The notes: generated by a model not told the origin, from the sequence alone. DNA of 63,537 nucleotides, filler included, from 15 parts of 15 records of this genome joined end to end with filler, not necessarily neighbours in it, one strand, 5' to 3'; shown: positions 1 to 12,677, numbered from the whole stretch's first letter. Translations and numbers: made by a program.

Positions 1-404
1 GCTCTGCTCCTTGCAGCCGATTGATCTCCTCCTGAAGCTCGGGCCACCAGCGTGCCCATAGCGTACTCTTCGCGCTTATACGCCTCGCCGAGGTACACAG
101 CCTGCCCCCGCCAAATATTTCGTGCCTGCGGGCGGCGCGGTGACCACGGCCAGGTAGCCCAGGATGATCAGCCGGAGCACCAAGAGCAGGATGCCCATCC
201 GCCTGCAGCAAGGTGAGTGGCTGCCACGCGCGACAAGCAGCGCACCGGTCGATTACGCGGACAACCTTGATCGACTTGTAGGACAGAGCGCGGTTGAACA
301 GGCTACAGAACTGCGGCAGAGGGGGTAAACTCGCTGCAGCGGCTCGTGCAGGCCGAGGCGGGCACCTTGTTCACCCGCCGGCCGACCTCCCGGCAGAACC
401 CCAT
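1..404 (-). CDS. P2X purinergic receptor (ATP-gated channel) family, N-terminal part; continues beyond window start
   Basis: Removing 3 short GT-AG introns gives MGFCREVGRRVNKFCSLFNRALSYKSIKVVRVIDRRMGILLLVLRLIILGYLAVAVYLGEAYKREEYAMGT. This matches the P2X N-terminal pattern Yx(T/S)xKxVx(I/V)xxRRxGIL + TM1 + Y...E..G. Confidence 0.75.
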
Positions 405-611
405 TTTGCCTGCTTCCCTCTCTCCCCTAGGTGATATAGACGCCTCCTCCGCACTGAGCTCCGCCCCCTAGGCGATGTAGAGGTCTCCGCAGCCCCTCCG
501 CAGTGACGCCGCCCCACCTTGCAGCCAGGCCGTTGGTGTTCTCAGAAAGCTGCAGCTACTGCGCGACTGCGGGCAGAGCCGAATGCAAAGTCGCGGCCCG
601 ACGCGCGTGGA

Positions 612-2115
612 ATGGAGTCCCACCGAAGACTCGGATCCGGACTTCACTCCTTTATCGGGGCTAGCCTTCGACCGGCGACCCACCACCTTCTCATCGCTAG
701 TCCGCCAGGCTGCCGGGCACGATCTGGTACCATCGAGCTTTGAACTGTGCTGAGCGGTCGCCAGGCTGGTGCCGAGCGACAAGCTAAACCGGTCCCACCT
801 GATTCTGACGAGACGACCTGCCACCCTGTGCCAGACCTGAGCAGCAAACGCCCGAACAGCAACGATCTGACCAGAAGCTTCAACGATTCTGATGAGACCA
901 CGCTGGACATCACGCCGAAGAGGCCACGCTCCAGCAGCTCGAGCAACTTTTCGATCAACTGGAGCTCTTCGTGCGCATAATAATAAGCATTGTTCCATGA
1001 ACCCTTTTGTTGACAGTGGGGCGCCGGCAGGAACTCGGGCAATCCTGCCGACGCCCCTAGCAGAGCGATCGACAAGGGCTCATCAAGCGATGCCAGCGAT
1101 GGAGAGGGATCCGAATCTGACGAGGACCTGCTTCGAGAGATTGACCAGGCGTGGCTTCAGTTGCAGTCCGAGTGCCACGCGCCCGCAGTCCAGCCAATGA
1201 GTGATGCCCCTGGTTCTCGTGAGCATGCAGGATCGTCACACTATAAAGACAGAAACTACTCAGTCCTCCGCGAGGTCACCCTCTCCAAGAATCTGTGAGC
1301 CTCCTCGGCAACCCTGCCCTCTCGTTGCTGATAACTTTCTATCAGATATATGTTGAGTTCCTTAGCACGGGATCCTAGCTCATTCAGTGTGTGCAACACG
1401 GAGAAGAAGGGAATCGAGACTTCTCTTGCCTCTACGCTAGATACAGTTGCAAAGTCGTGGGAGCAACAAGTGAAGCATTGCCATCAAGAGCAAATCTCAC
1501 GAGAACTCCTGAATACCACGCAACAGGCACTGCATGATGCCTGCGTCATTGCAACTCTGCCACAATTCTCTCATGCAGCAGACTTGCGCTCAGCAATCAA
1601 GAGAATGGTACAAGGTGTCGCATCGTCGGTCAGATCCCACTCGCGACATGTGCCCGCTGACCTAGGGTATGTCCTTTGCAGATCCTGCTCTTTGGGCACG
1701 GGTTTGGGCACGCCAACAATGTTTGGCTTTGTGGTCTCTGCACGCAACTCACCTCTGATAAGACCTGCCAGATTTGGGGTATGTGGTCACGATTCCGCTA
1801 TATGACCATGTGTGTGGTATACAAGGTCACGGAGTCCTATGTTCAGTGAGGGATTGGCTGTATACCCTGCTGGGCCACCAACGAGGGAATCTGTGGCACC
1901 AGCAAGGGAATCTTGGACTCTTGCTGACTTCTTTGGACCGTAGCCTAGATGCTGCACTGTCACTTGGCGACGGCTTTGTCATGTATCGAATGTGGCGTGA
2001 TGTGCTTATGGAAATCTCAGCACTTTTGAAGGCAAAGTTTACTTCGAGCGTATATGCCGCCTTGCGCGTGTTTCTCTGGAAGCTGAGCCACAAGCTTGGG
2101 AGGTATGTGATTTGA
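612..2115 (+). CDS. Hypothetical multi-exon protein, head-to-head with P2X
   Basis: Chain of + strand ORFs (612-, 747-980, 1350-1805, 1774-2115) with short GT..AG gaps, ending before an AT-rich intergenic tract. No recognised domain and exon boundaries are uncertain. Confidence 0.45.
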
Positions 2116-2448
2116 TATCAGCATCGTCTGCACCCTACTGTAATCAATTAGTTGCAGCACAACTCAGCAACACTTTGACTTAAGCTTCCGATCACTGGTC
2201 ATCGGATTGCAATGCGCGAATTGATATCACGATCGATCTCTCTGGTGCAATTGCGCATGCATAATTATGCCACGGCTGTACATAGCACTCGCTACCATCA
2301 ATTTTAAATACATGTAAGGAATAATTACTCAATCAGGATTGAATTCCGAAAGAAATTAAGATTTCAAACAACAATTACTGAGAAAACAACAACTAGGATT
2401 CTGATAAGCATTAATCAACACGTTTAACTTGATCGATATCATTACTAA

Positions 2449-4056
2449 TCACGCGCTTCTTGACGTTCTTGCTTTTACGGAAGTAGCATGACCATTTGAA
2501 CTCACATGCATCTCGTTTGCCAACTCTTCAAGCGTCAAGAGCGCGCCTTCCCGTTCACCTTCTAGTGACCAGTCAGTCCCGACGTCAGAATCCACTAGAG
2601 CATCTTCGGATGATAAGGATTCGGCTAAACTAAATTTACTCAGTTGATTTCGCGACGTCCCGGGGGACGGAGTAGAGCAAACTTGCAGCTGCATCTCATC
2701 CTCTGAGAAACTTGATCGGACCCAGCCATCCTTACACGATGTCCACATGTGCCCAGATCCTGTATCATGGGTGGGTTTGATATGGATGCTGGCTGGAATC
2801 TCTGCAAGGTTCACCAACGCCTCACCATGCAGGCTGAGCAGTTGTTTTTTCCTTGCAGATCGCCTCTTCACTGCACCGTCCATGTGACGCAAAGTCCGCA
2901 CAGCCTTGGTTGGTGTCCTGTTTATACTAAAAAGGGAGTGCTGCTGTGGCCTTCCCCTCGGACCGAGCACTCTCATTTGTGCGATGAGTTCGCTAGCCTC
3001 TTGGTGCAGTTGGCTGCCTGCGCATCCATCCCGTTTGACCGGCTCAGGTGTGTTCGCAGGTGGCACGGCAAGCAGACGCTCCAGCTGTTCAAGCAGCCAT
3101 TGTACCACTAACTTGAGCATCCGGCCAGTCCGTCCCGACCTGCTCCACATCTGGTTCACTATGCTGACAGCTGTCCTGCAGTATCTGACACTCTCGGTGG
3201 GATCAGAGTGCAGCCAACCACATAGCAGCTCGGCCATCGCAGCAGATACCACGACGTTACCCATGAATTCAACGTTCTGGACCGCTGCTTTAGTAGCCTC
3301 CTGGGCCTGTTGACCTACCCTCGTGGCAAGCGTCTGTGCGTATTGCAGTGCCACCACATCTACATGACTCTGTTGCAATTTGTGCTCTAATGCTGTGATC
3401 AGCTCCAGGGTACCCTTCCCTCCCTCTGCTGTGCAGCTCATTCTGATGTGTGCCAGTGCAGTGACTGGGACATCTGCGCTAACCAACACGTTCACAGCCA
3501 TCCTGCAGGCCGCGGCACAGATCTTGACCTCCCTCTCGAGCTCTGGGTCCAGACCCGCTGTGCTTCGCTCCAGCACCAGGACTTGAGCCAGCGTGGCGTC
3601 AGCTTCGAGCCGGATCCGTGCCACCTTCCCAGCTGCCTGTAGCAGCTTGCAAACGCGAGACTCGGCGCGCTGCATGGCGCTCAGAGCCCGAAGCCGACCC
3701 GGCTGAATCACGCACGGCGCCGCTGTACCAGGCCGCAGCTCTCTCCACCCTCGGCTGGTACATCGGCCAGTACCATGGCAGCCGTCCCTGGCGTACTGCA
3801 TGACCTCGCCCCCCACATAGTGCGGCATCGGTTCAGTACCGACTATTCTGGCGTGATTTGCCGTTTGACGATTTTTGCGCGGTGTTGTGTGTGGCCAGAG
3901 CCAGCAGCACTGCGTGAGGCGGCTCGTTCGCAGCTGAGCGCTCGGGCGCAAGTGCGCCTGGCCCTGCCTGAGCCTGACGGCGGGGTGCGCGGGGGAGGCC
4001 GGTCGGCGATGGTGACAGGCGGTTATCAGCCCCCTGCAGCGGGGCACCGGCCGCAC
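2449..4056 (-). CDS. Hypothetical helical protein (true start uncertain, probably downstream of 4056)
   Basis: 535-codon open frame ending at an AT-rich convergent intergenic region. No family recognised. Confidence 0.55.
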   Translation of the reverse strand: MRPVPRCRGLITACHHRRPASPAHPAVRLRQGQAHLRPSAQLRTSRLTQCCWLWPHTTPRKNRQTANHARIVGTEPMPHYVGGEVMQYARDGCHGTGRCTSRGWRELRPGTAAPCVIQPGRLRALSAMQRAESRVCKLLQAAGKVARIRLEADATLAQVLVLERSTAGLDPELEREVKICAAACRMAVNVLVSADVPVTALAHIRMSCTAEGGKGTLELITALEHKLQQSHVDVVALQYAQTLATRVGQQAQEATKAAVQNVEFMGNVVVSAAMAELLCGWLHSDPTESVRYCRTAVSIVNQMWSRSGRTGRMLKLVVQWLLEQLERLLAVPPANTPEPVKRDGCAGSQLHQEASELIAQMRVLGPRGRPQQHSLFSINRTPTKAVRTLRHMDGAVKRRSARKKQLLSLHGEALVNLAEIPASIHIKPTHDTGSGHMWTSCKDGWVRSSFSEDEMQLQVCSTPSPGTSRNQLSKFSLAESLSSEDALVDSDVGTDWSLEGEREGALLTLEELANEMHVSSNGHATSVKARTSRSA

Positions 4057-4100
4057 AGCGCGGCGGGGCAGGCCATGTCGCGCGAAGAGAAGCTGGAGGC

Positions 4101-4200
4101 NNNNNNNNNNNNNNNNNNNNNNNNNNNNNNNNNNNNNNNNNNNNTTAATTAATTAANNNNNNNNNNNNNNNNNNNNNNNNNNNNNNNNNNNNNNNNNNNN
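4101..4200. other. Artificial contig linker (N-run + TTAATTAATTAA six-frame stop + N-run)
   Basis: The same 100-nt spacer recurs at 8386-8485, 11670-11769, 15163-15262, 18474-18573, 21832-21931, 25287-25386, 29952-30051, 34140-34239, 38557-38656, 47447-47546, 50924-51023, 54142-54241 and 57428-57527. Confidence 0.99.
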
Positions 4201-4550
4201 GAGGCGGTATATGGTGATTGATCAACATCGTATTGTGCTTTCTGGTCGAGCCATCGCGCTCAACGGAATTCCTTAGCTTGAAGTTCACTCATGATCATAT
4301 TCATCATAATTATCATGATCATGCATGGTTGCGCATGATCCTGAAATCACTGACTCATAGGATGCTAATAGGATGCAATACTAATGCAATACAGACCTTG
4401 ATTGATTGAATCGCCTAATTATGACATTGTACAGTCTAATTATAGAGCATAGAGCATTCATTAGTAATTCATGAGGGGCATTTAATCAATTCGGACTCAA
4501 CCATGCATATTCATGCAAGTGATCACCTATCCATAGCACTTGATCACTAT

Positions 4551-7500
4551 CTAAAACTGATCGCCTTCTGACCTCGGCCCCCACGCTCGCTCGGCGCGCT
4601 GCTCCCGGCCCGCCCGCTTGGCCTTGAGGTCCATCAGCCGCTTGGCCGCACTCGCTGAGGCCTCGCGGAAGTCCTGTCGTTTCGAGACGTCCGGCTCCAA
4701 CCGCTTGGGTGCCTCTTCGCGCGGCTTACAGGAGTTGGTATCAGGATGGCTGCTCTTCCATCGATCCAAAGCGTTGTCTGCCCACCTCTCAGAGCCCGGC
4801 ATCCGAGCAGCTGCTCGAGCGGCCCGCTGCCGGGTTGACTCCCCTTCCACAGGCCGCGGCCGGCTGCTCTCGATTGGTGTGGCTGGCGTGCTCGGATGAC
4901 TGTCATCCAGAGTGTTCCTCTGCTTGGCCGGCTCAACCGGCGCGCTCTTTCCCGCAGCCCGACCCTCCCAGGACCTATGAGCGTCGTGGCACGCATCGTG
5001 CACGTCAAACTTGCCAGAGGCACTCGTCTCACGGCCGCGTCCCGCTGGTGCAGTGTTATTGCTGGGCAGCTGAGCTGGTGGCACAGCCGGAGCATCATGC
5101 TCGGCCTCTGCCGCCGCAGGCTCCGTTGGTTTCGGATCCTCCAGGCCCACCGCCTCGCCTGCTCGCTGCGCCCCGATCCCACTGCGATTCTTCAACGACC
5201 GGAACTGCTCGGCCTGTTTGCACGATTAGCCCATTTCCTGCGCGGGGGACGCACCTTCTCGGCCTGTTTGCGCTTGTCCTCGTTCTGTTTCTTAACGTGA
5301 GTGAAAGCCTTGAAAAAAGTGGAGAGAATCACAAAGATCTCGTGCACATGCAGCTCGTACTCAGAGAGATAATCCTTGAGCGTGTTTGTCTTGTTGATCA
5401 TCTCGACCGTCTTGTCCTCCAGCAGGGCCAACGCCGCATTCGCGCTGATGTAAAGCTCGGAGGCGAATTTCTCGGCCGCGCCGGCCTGCTCCACCTTGCC
5501 TCGCATGCTGTTAGGGGATATCTCAGCATTGGTCATTGCGGAGAGCACTTCGGGAACCACCAGCCCGGAGGCAACGGTGGCGTCGTGCACAAGGCCCTGC
5601 AGGTGTCCGAAATTGCTGGTGACCTGCTCGATGTTGACTGCAGCCGCACCAGTGACGGCAGGCATCTCGAGGTGGAAGCCTTCGAGGTGTTTCATCCTGG
5701 TCTCAATCACCGAAGCAAGGTAGTGCAGCATGGTGACCTCATGCTTGTTGCTCTTTGTCTCAACCAACTTGAGCAGGCCCTGTATCCTGAATGCGTTGGC
5801 CTTGGCCTGGTTGAGCGTGTTGCCGAGTGCGAGCACCAGCTCAAACACGCCTCCCAGCTTGTTACATCCAAGCACTTCTATGCACGCCTGGTCCACTAGC
5901 TGCACGTTCTTTGACAGCAATTCCAGCTCGAGGTCAAACAGCCGCGCAACTCGCAGCGTCTTTAGCCGGCCTTCGAGCTTGGGAATCTGCATCGTCGCCA
6001 GAAAGAAATGCTCGACCTCGCTCAGCTTGCTCTTGTCGCCGTCGTACTTGCTCACAAGCGACTGCTCCTCGACCGTTGGGATCGATCGGATCAGCGCCTC
6101 AATCTGCTCAACAGAGAGCTTCTGCTGGGGGTCCATTGTCTCGAGCAGCTTGGTGAGAGGACCCATCCCCATCGACTTGAACTGCGCAATCCGGATTGCC
6201 ACGTTCTTAGCTCTGTCCGGATTGACAAGCGTCACTTTCTCGTTCTTCTTGGTGCTGTTGGAAGCGGCGCTCTGGGTCTGCTTGCGCTTCACCTCAAACA
6301 GGTCGCCCATCTCACTAGAAAGAGAGGACAAGTCCACGTCTTGAAGCTCAGCAAAGATGCTATGATCCGAGATCTTCTGATCGTCAACTGTATCCCAGTA
6401 GATCTTGCGCAGCTTCGGCCCAGACCCCGAACTGGCCGCCTGGGCCGAGGCCTTGGCGTCGTCTTTAAACATTTCCCAATTTATCTTAGGCACCGACCCC
6501 CGCGATGGTGGCCCCTTGCCCTTGCCCTTGCCCTTGCCTCCTTTGGCGTTTGCCAGAGCCCCAGCGATTTTGAACGCCCCTTTCCCCAGCAGCCCCTTGG
6601 GTGCCCTCGGGAGGGCGTCAGAGCACGAGTGGTCGAACGCTGACGGCGGTCGATTCATAGGGATCGCCAGAGGGTCTTGTTCCGGGTCTATGGCAGCACC
6701 TGTGTCGTCCGTGGTAGCAAGCGTGGGCGACAACAGCCGGCCCGCCGGGGTCATCCCATCGCGCGCAATCCCTTTGCGCTGCATCCGTTCCATCGCCTTC
6801 TCCCTAGCCTGCTCTGCAAGCCCCTTTTGCTCCATCCGCCTAGACATCCTCGCCTTGTCATTCGCCCTGTTTGCCTCTTTGCGTTCAAGCTCCTCAAGCT
6901 CCCGTAGGGTAACATGCCCGCCACGCCGACCGATCAGTCGGAACGCCTGTCCGCAGGCTCACGCCTGCACCCACAGCCAACCAACCTGCAGTGGGCTCCC
7001 GTCTAAGCAATCGTCCATGTCATCATCGTTGGCTCCAGGTGCGTCAAACACCAAATCCTGGCAGGCCGAATCAGGCCAGCCAGCCGGGTCGGAGACCATG
7101 AAGAAATCCTCTTCGAGCATCGAATCGGGCGGCATGTCCAGCTTAGTTGAAGTGATACGGACCGGCGCCGGTGAGGTGAAACCGGCATGGAAGGCGTATC
7201 TGAACAGCAACCGGGCGGCGGTACCGGCCGGCTTGGTCTTGCACGCAAACACCACGTCGCCCGAGAGGCTGTGGTTAACCATAACCACCTGTCCGCCGCT
7301 CGGCCGAAGCTAACGGCCAGAGCGCTTACCTTGAATGCCCCGAGCTCCTCCCCATCGGCGTTCAGTTCGGGGCTTTCCCACACAACTTGCCCATCCTTCA
7401 CGATTTCAAAAACGGCCGGGGCATCCTCGGTGTCGGGAAAAGGATACATGATCACACGGACTAGCCGGAGCGGGCGCGCGTTGGGGATTTTCATCATTTG

Positions 7501-8256
7501 ATGCAGCAGCATGTCGGAGAAATAGTTGATGTATCGAAAGTGGGACGGCATCATCTCCAGCCCGTGCTGGGTGCGGCCCCGGATACCAAGTACCCGCTCC
7601 GATGCCTCCTTGGCGTTGTCCAGGTACCCTGCTGCCGCCATCAGCGCTGGGTTGCGCCGGGGCTGCCCACCGAGGTAGGTAAGTACACATGAGACTACCA
7701 TGTTTAGCCTGCCCTCGTGCCTGGTATTGGCGTGGAACACCACCACGTGCTTCTCCTCCTGCGTCCGGATCCTGTTCGCCCCCCGGCCGGCAAGGCACCT
7801 CCAGGCCTGCCTTAAGCCAGCCGTCGACGTGATGGCAAACCATAAAAAGCATGTCCAGCGTGGCGTGCGAGTAGGGCGGGCGCCACACTTCGATGACTGC
7901 CGGCGGGTCAGCCGGGGGCGCGGGAGCAGCACCTTGGTCGTTGAATGCCTGGTAGTTGTACTTTGCTTTGGTCAGATTCAGGATCAAGAAGCTCCCGGCG
8001 TGGTGGGTAGACAGGAACTGGGCGTATTTCGAGACCTGCTCCTGGGTCTGAGGGAACCCTATCACTGCCCCAGACGTCCGTTAGAGTTGGCCCAGCCGGC
8101 ACCGAGCAGCTGGGGGGTGATGTAGGTGATCTCCCCGTCGCGGGGGACCTCGTGCCGGTTGACCGCGAACGGCGAGTTGCCCTGGTCGTGCGAGGTGAGC
8201 TCGCGCCAAGCGCCCTTGATCCGTTCGATCAGGGTCGGTGCGCTCCCAGCTTCCAT
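4551..8256 (-). CDS. Formin with N-terminal PTEN-like (phosphatase + C2) domain and FH2 domain
   Basis: Spliced ORFs give ITYITPQLLVIGFP...FLILNL...VVVFHANTRHEGRL...PSHFRYINYF (PTEN phosphatase fold), SGDVVF...LLFRYAFHAGF (C2), and KLRKIYWD...RAKNVAIRI...LVLALGNTLN...AFRIQGLLKLVETKS...TMLHYL (FH2). Several short GT-AG introns keep the frame continuous. Confidence 0.9.
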
Positions 8257-8485
8257 TGCGCACCCAGCCACCACACCGCGCTGCCCTCGGCGCTACTATT
8301 ACCGGCCCCTTACCCTACCAGTTGCAGCCACCGACTGCATGGCACCACTGTTTTTATTGCTAAAAACTGTGGGATTTTATTTGCANNNNNNNNNNNNNNN
8401 NNNNNNNNNNNNNNNNNNNNNNNNNNNNNTTAATTAATTAANNNNNNNNNNNNNNNNNNNNNNNNNNNNNNNNNNNNNNNNNNNN

Positions 8486-10366
8486 GGGCTCGTGAGGGCG
8501 GCCGACCTTGCGAGGAAGCAGTACAGTCCTCTCAAGGAAATGCAACCAGAGCTGCGCAAGATGACCGACCAAATAGTGGTCGAGCTGGCGCACTACGCCA
8601 AATATATGGTGCCCCGGCCGGCTGTGCCAGGTGCTGAGTGCGTGTGGGGCAGTTGGCTGTTTATGGGCAACTGCTCTACTTGTATTCCGAGTTGATGCCA
8701 CCGATTGGCCAGTGCTGCTGTGGGATCTGCGGCTGCATGAAACTGTGCTGCGCATGCGGCCCGCTCGACCGCACCCACGGCGACAACTGCTGTGGTACCG
8801 GCAGTGAGGCATTCAGCAAGCGCTGCCTGCAAGACGGAGCTGACGTAGAGCTCGTGTATGCAGATTTTGAGTGAGAGATGCCACGGCCGCGGGGCTGAGC
8901 GAACCGGCAGGAACGATGTATGCTGCTGCCCGTATGCGGTGCTGGCGGACCACGACAAGGCATCCGGCACCGGCTGCGGTTGCTGAGCCGAGCGCAGGGC
9001 GCGCTTGTGGTCACGATTCGAGGCACGATCTCGCTGCAGGACTGCCTAACAGACGGGCTGGCCAAATCAGTGCCGTTTAAATTCCCGTCCCAGCCGGAGG
9101 AGCACGCGCCGGTGTATGTGCACCAGGTGCTCGCACGGTGCTGCGCGGCTGCTGAGTGCTGATGGTGCAGGGATTTCTGGAGGCTGCGCACCATATTCGA
9201 ACTCAGTTAGAACACAGTCAGCTGATCGAGGAACTCCTGCTGGGGCACACCCCCAAGCTCTCCAGCGCGGACAAGGCATGGCTCAAGGCGAACGCCCCGG
9301 GGCTGCACGAGCTAGTATCCAAGAAGCGACGCTTTCTGTCAAAGCTCGCGACTAGGACCTCAGGCTACACGCTGACAGTTGTGGGTCACTCGCTCGGCTC
9401 TGGGGTGGCCTCCGTTCTCACGATGCTCCTGTCGGGCCCAAAGTACCCGGATCTGCACTGTTTCGCGTACTCGTGCCCAGGTGAGCCTCAATCATAGTGC
9501 TGCTCTGTCGACTGACTAGCCCGACAGGTGCTGTGTTCTCTATCGATTTCGCGAAGAGCGAAGACGTGGCGCGGCAGATTACGTCGGTGGTGCTAGGCGA
9601 CGATCTTGTGTCCCGGACCTCGCTCAAGACCCTGGAACGACTGAGGAACCAGCTCGTGCATGCGCTGTCGGAGAGCAATCAGCGGAAGATAGATGTGATC
9701 GAGACAGCGATCGCAGCACATCAGGATCCGGACTACCAGCAGCGGCTAACTGACCCGCTCGGGGACATGACTGACGAGATGGGCGTCTCGATGCAGCCGG
9801 AGATGGCGCCGGCTGGCCAGATCCTGCAGCTTGCACGTCATTACGACGGGATTGAGGAGGAGATCAAAGGCAAGCGCGAGGCTTTGCTGATCACTTCGTG
9901 CAGGGCAATGTGCTGCGGTGAGCCCGAGCGCGCGCAGGGCTGAGTCGCGCATAGGTGTGGACCAACAAACGTTTGCGGAAGGGTTTATACCGACGTGGAT
10001 CCCTGCAGAACAGCTGCTCGAGATCAAAGTGTCACCAACGATGGCACTCGATCACTTCCCTGATCGGATATTTGTGGCTCTGGATAGCCTTGCACAAGAC
10101 ATCCTGCAGAAGACGCCGTCAGTGGTATTTCGAGATGACTAGTGCCGCTGAAGTGGTGCTGACCTAGGGGTTTGCAGATGCAGCACTATGATAGGACTAC
10201 TGCTTATGAAGAGACAAACCCTAACTTGCCTGCAGGGACACCTTTCATGAGCCAACTGCCATCTAGAGACCAGTCCGTTATTTCCGAAGGCGAGTTTTTA
10301 GAAGATGCACGCACAGAACCTGAAGTTGAAGTCGAGGACATATTAACAATAATCAGTCAGCGGTGA
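8486..10366 (+). CDS. Class 3 lipase, diacylglycerol-lipase-like (5' truncated)
   Basis: PYAVLADHDK-GALVVTIRGT, VVGHSLGSGVAS nucleophile elbow, DDLVSR, MALDHFP; many ~40-nt introns. The 3' end is 10142 or, via a 53-nt intron, 10366. Confidence 0.85.
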
Positions 10367-10717
10367 TCACGAGTACAGTACATGTACTCGTACTAGTCTT
10401 GAAGCCGGCGCTAAATAATTCTCACTACAATCATGATAAAACATACAGTACATTAACTAGCTACTAGTTAGCGTTCGAGGTTACGATTTAGCTACGATTA
10501 CATGTAATAATTACGCGTTATGACGTGTGTGGACGTGACCAATAATTATTATTGTGCACACGTTGTGCACAAGATTCACAAGACTCAATTATGTCCAACG
10601 ACGCGATTCATCTTTAATCCGGCACACATATTATGCACACCAACAATCCTGTCAATGAATGGCTGTGGGCGCAAGCTATGAATAGTAAGTGCCAAATGAA
10701 CTGCAAGGCTTTGCCGC

Positions 10718-11669
10718 TCATAAGCCAGCCAAGTCCAGACTGGTCAATGTGCACAGATTCAGTGGGTTGGCTGCGGGTACTGAGGCCTGTTGCCGTATGC
10801 ACCCGGTGGCGGCGGCGCCTGCCCTGGCCGAGGCTGCGGGGCATGTCCAGGGCCTGCAAACCGAGCAGTTAGCCGAGCATTCGGGCGAGTAGAAGGGACC
10901 TTGGGCCATGCCCATCTGCCCTTGCATCGGATACTGCATTTGCTGTCCGTACATCTGCTGAGGGAGCATCTGGGGCGGGTATTGCATCATTGCGGGATTG
11001 TACCCCGGCTGCCCGTTGTACACCTGCATCCGAGTGAGTCCCATTACACTGCCTGCACAAGCCACCGGGCCGGTCTGCGGATTGAACCCAGCCTGCGGAT
11101 TCGGCGGAAACCCCTGCGGCCCTGAGGCGAACCCCTGTGGCCGCCATCCCGGGTCTGTCATGTTGCTCGGTGTAAGGCCGGACTTGACCTGCTCGGTGAG
11201 AGAATTCGAGTAGAGGTCACGAGTGCCCATCTGTGGGGTGTAGTCTGGCTCAGCGGCCTGTGGCGGCATCGGGACTGCTCCTGGCATTGTCGGAACAAAT
11301 CCTGGCTGCGCTCCGTACCCCTGCTGCTGTCCCATGTACATCTGCTGCGCTGCATACCCCTGCGGCCGAGCCTGCTGCGGCTGCGGTGGTGGCGGGACAG
11401 CCGGTGCGGGTGCAGCCGGCTTGAAGCTGGGCACAAAGCTTGTTGCGTTCACATTCAATTTAAACTCTTTCGCAAAAGGGTTCAGACCAGGCTTCTTGCC
11501 ACCAGCCAGTGAAGGCACGTCGCCGGCATTGGACGGCTTCGGGTCCAGGCTGGGTGAGCTGGAGGGCGAGCCCTTCTTGCCGCTCGTGGCAGCAAAGTCC
11601 TTCAGCCGCCGCGTGATCTGGCCACATATCATAACCCCAGGCCCCGGGCAAGCACCTCGTCCCGGCCTT
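10718..11669 (-). CDS. PAM2-motif, Pro/Gln-rich protein (Ataxin-2/Pbp1-like C-terminus), 5' truncated
   Basis: Tandem PAM2-like motifs LNPFAKEFK-LNVNATSFVP followed by a P/Q/M/Y-rich low-complexity region. Confidence 0.7.
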
Positions 11670-11769
11670 NNNNNNNNNNNNNNNNNNNNNNNNNNNNNNN
11701 NNNNNNNNNNNNNTTAATTAATTAANNNNNNNNNNNNNNNNNNNNNNNNNNNNNNNNNNNNNNNNNNNN

Positions 11770-12524
11770 GGTGGTGTTCATAGTTCTAGGAACGGACCAC
11801 CGCATGCGTCCGACCTTTGTGTCGTTGCGTGACTGGCAGACCCCACTCGGCACCGTGCGGAATGAGCGGAGCCTAACCCTGGCCATTGCAGAGGCTGCCG
11901 GCCTGCCGGTGCAGGAGGAGCAGGCCTGCCAGGAGCACAGCCTCGAGAACCAGCTTCCACTGCTCCAGTATATGGCGACTGCAATGCGGGAACCGGGCTT
12001 GGCAGCGTTAGAATGGTCGATGGTGCCAATCACAGTCAGTGCCCTGAACTGCTGCTCGTGACGGCAAGCTGGCAGGTGGGAAGCAGTAAAGATCGTGGCT
12101 GCAGGCTGGCAGAGGTCCTGGCAGAGGTTTGGCATCCCGGTCTCATCTTGATCGCTACATCGGACTATTCGCACGCTGGCCCGTACTACCGAGACCTTCC
12201 GCCCGAAGGTCTCTCAGTCGTCGAGTATGCGCATCAGCAGGATGCAAGGGTACTCGAGAGCATGTGTAGCGATGGCTCTCACGAAGGGCTATTGGCGGCG
12301 GCATCTGGGAACTCGGCTGGGCAGAAGCGGTGCCTGAGTCTGGGCTGACAATACTGACCCTTGGTGCCAGTGTGAGTATGTGTGGACTCAATCCTTTGCT
12401 AGTCGTGATGAAGCTAAGGGAACTGCTCAAATGGCCTTTGCCTCGGTTGCTAAAGTATGCAACATCAACCGAGGTATTAAATCGTGGCGAAAATACTTGT
12501 GGATTTGCATCACTCTACTTATAA
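11770..12524 (+). CDS. MEMO1: MEMO1 family protein (5' truncated)
   Basis: LGTDH, WQTPLG, EHSLENQLPLLQ, VPITVG, IATSDYSH and SMCG motifs of the Memo family. Confidence 0.88.
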
Positions 12525-12677
12525 TATGAGAAAAATGTAAAAATCATAAACATATTACAAATTATGCGTTTAAACAAGCACGTCTTCACGTGCACTCTTT
12601 GGCTGCATGCATGACTAAGCAATCTCAGAATTGTTAAACAAGCTCAAAGACTAGCTCCAATGATAGTTGAATCGAGC

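Noticed and set aside
4101-4200. Regularly recurring TTAATTAATTAA flanked by Ns, resembling a repeat array or chromosome-end motif
   Set aside because: Identical 100-nt artificial linker with stops in all six frames. Adjacency of genes across linkers has no biological meaning.
4709-7313. Long antisense ORFs (e.g. 4709-5899, 6405-7313) and many other overlapping ORFs in the track
   Set aside because: Shadow frames of GC-rich coding sequence on the opposite strand, with no recognisable motifs.
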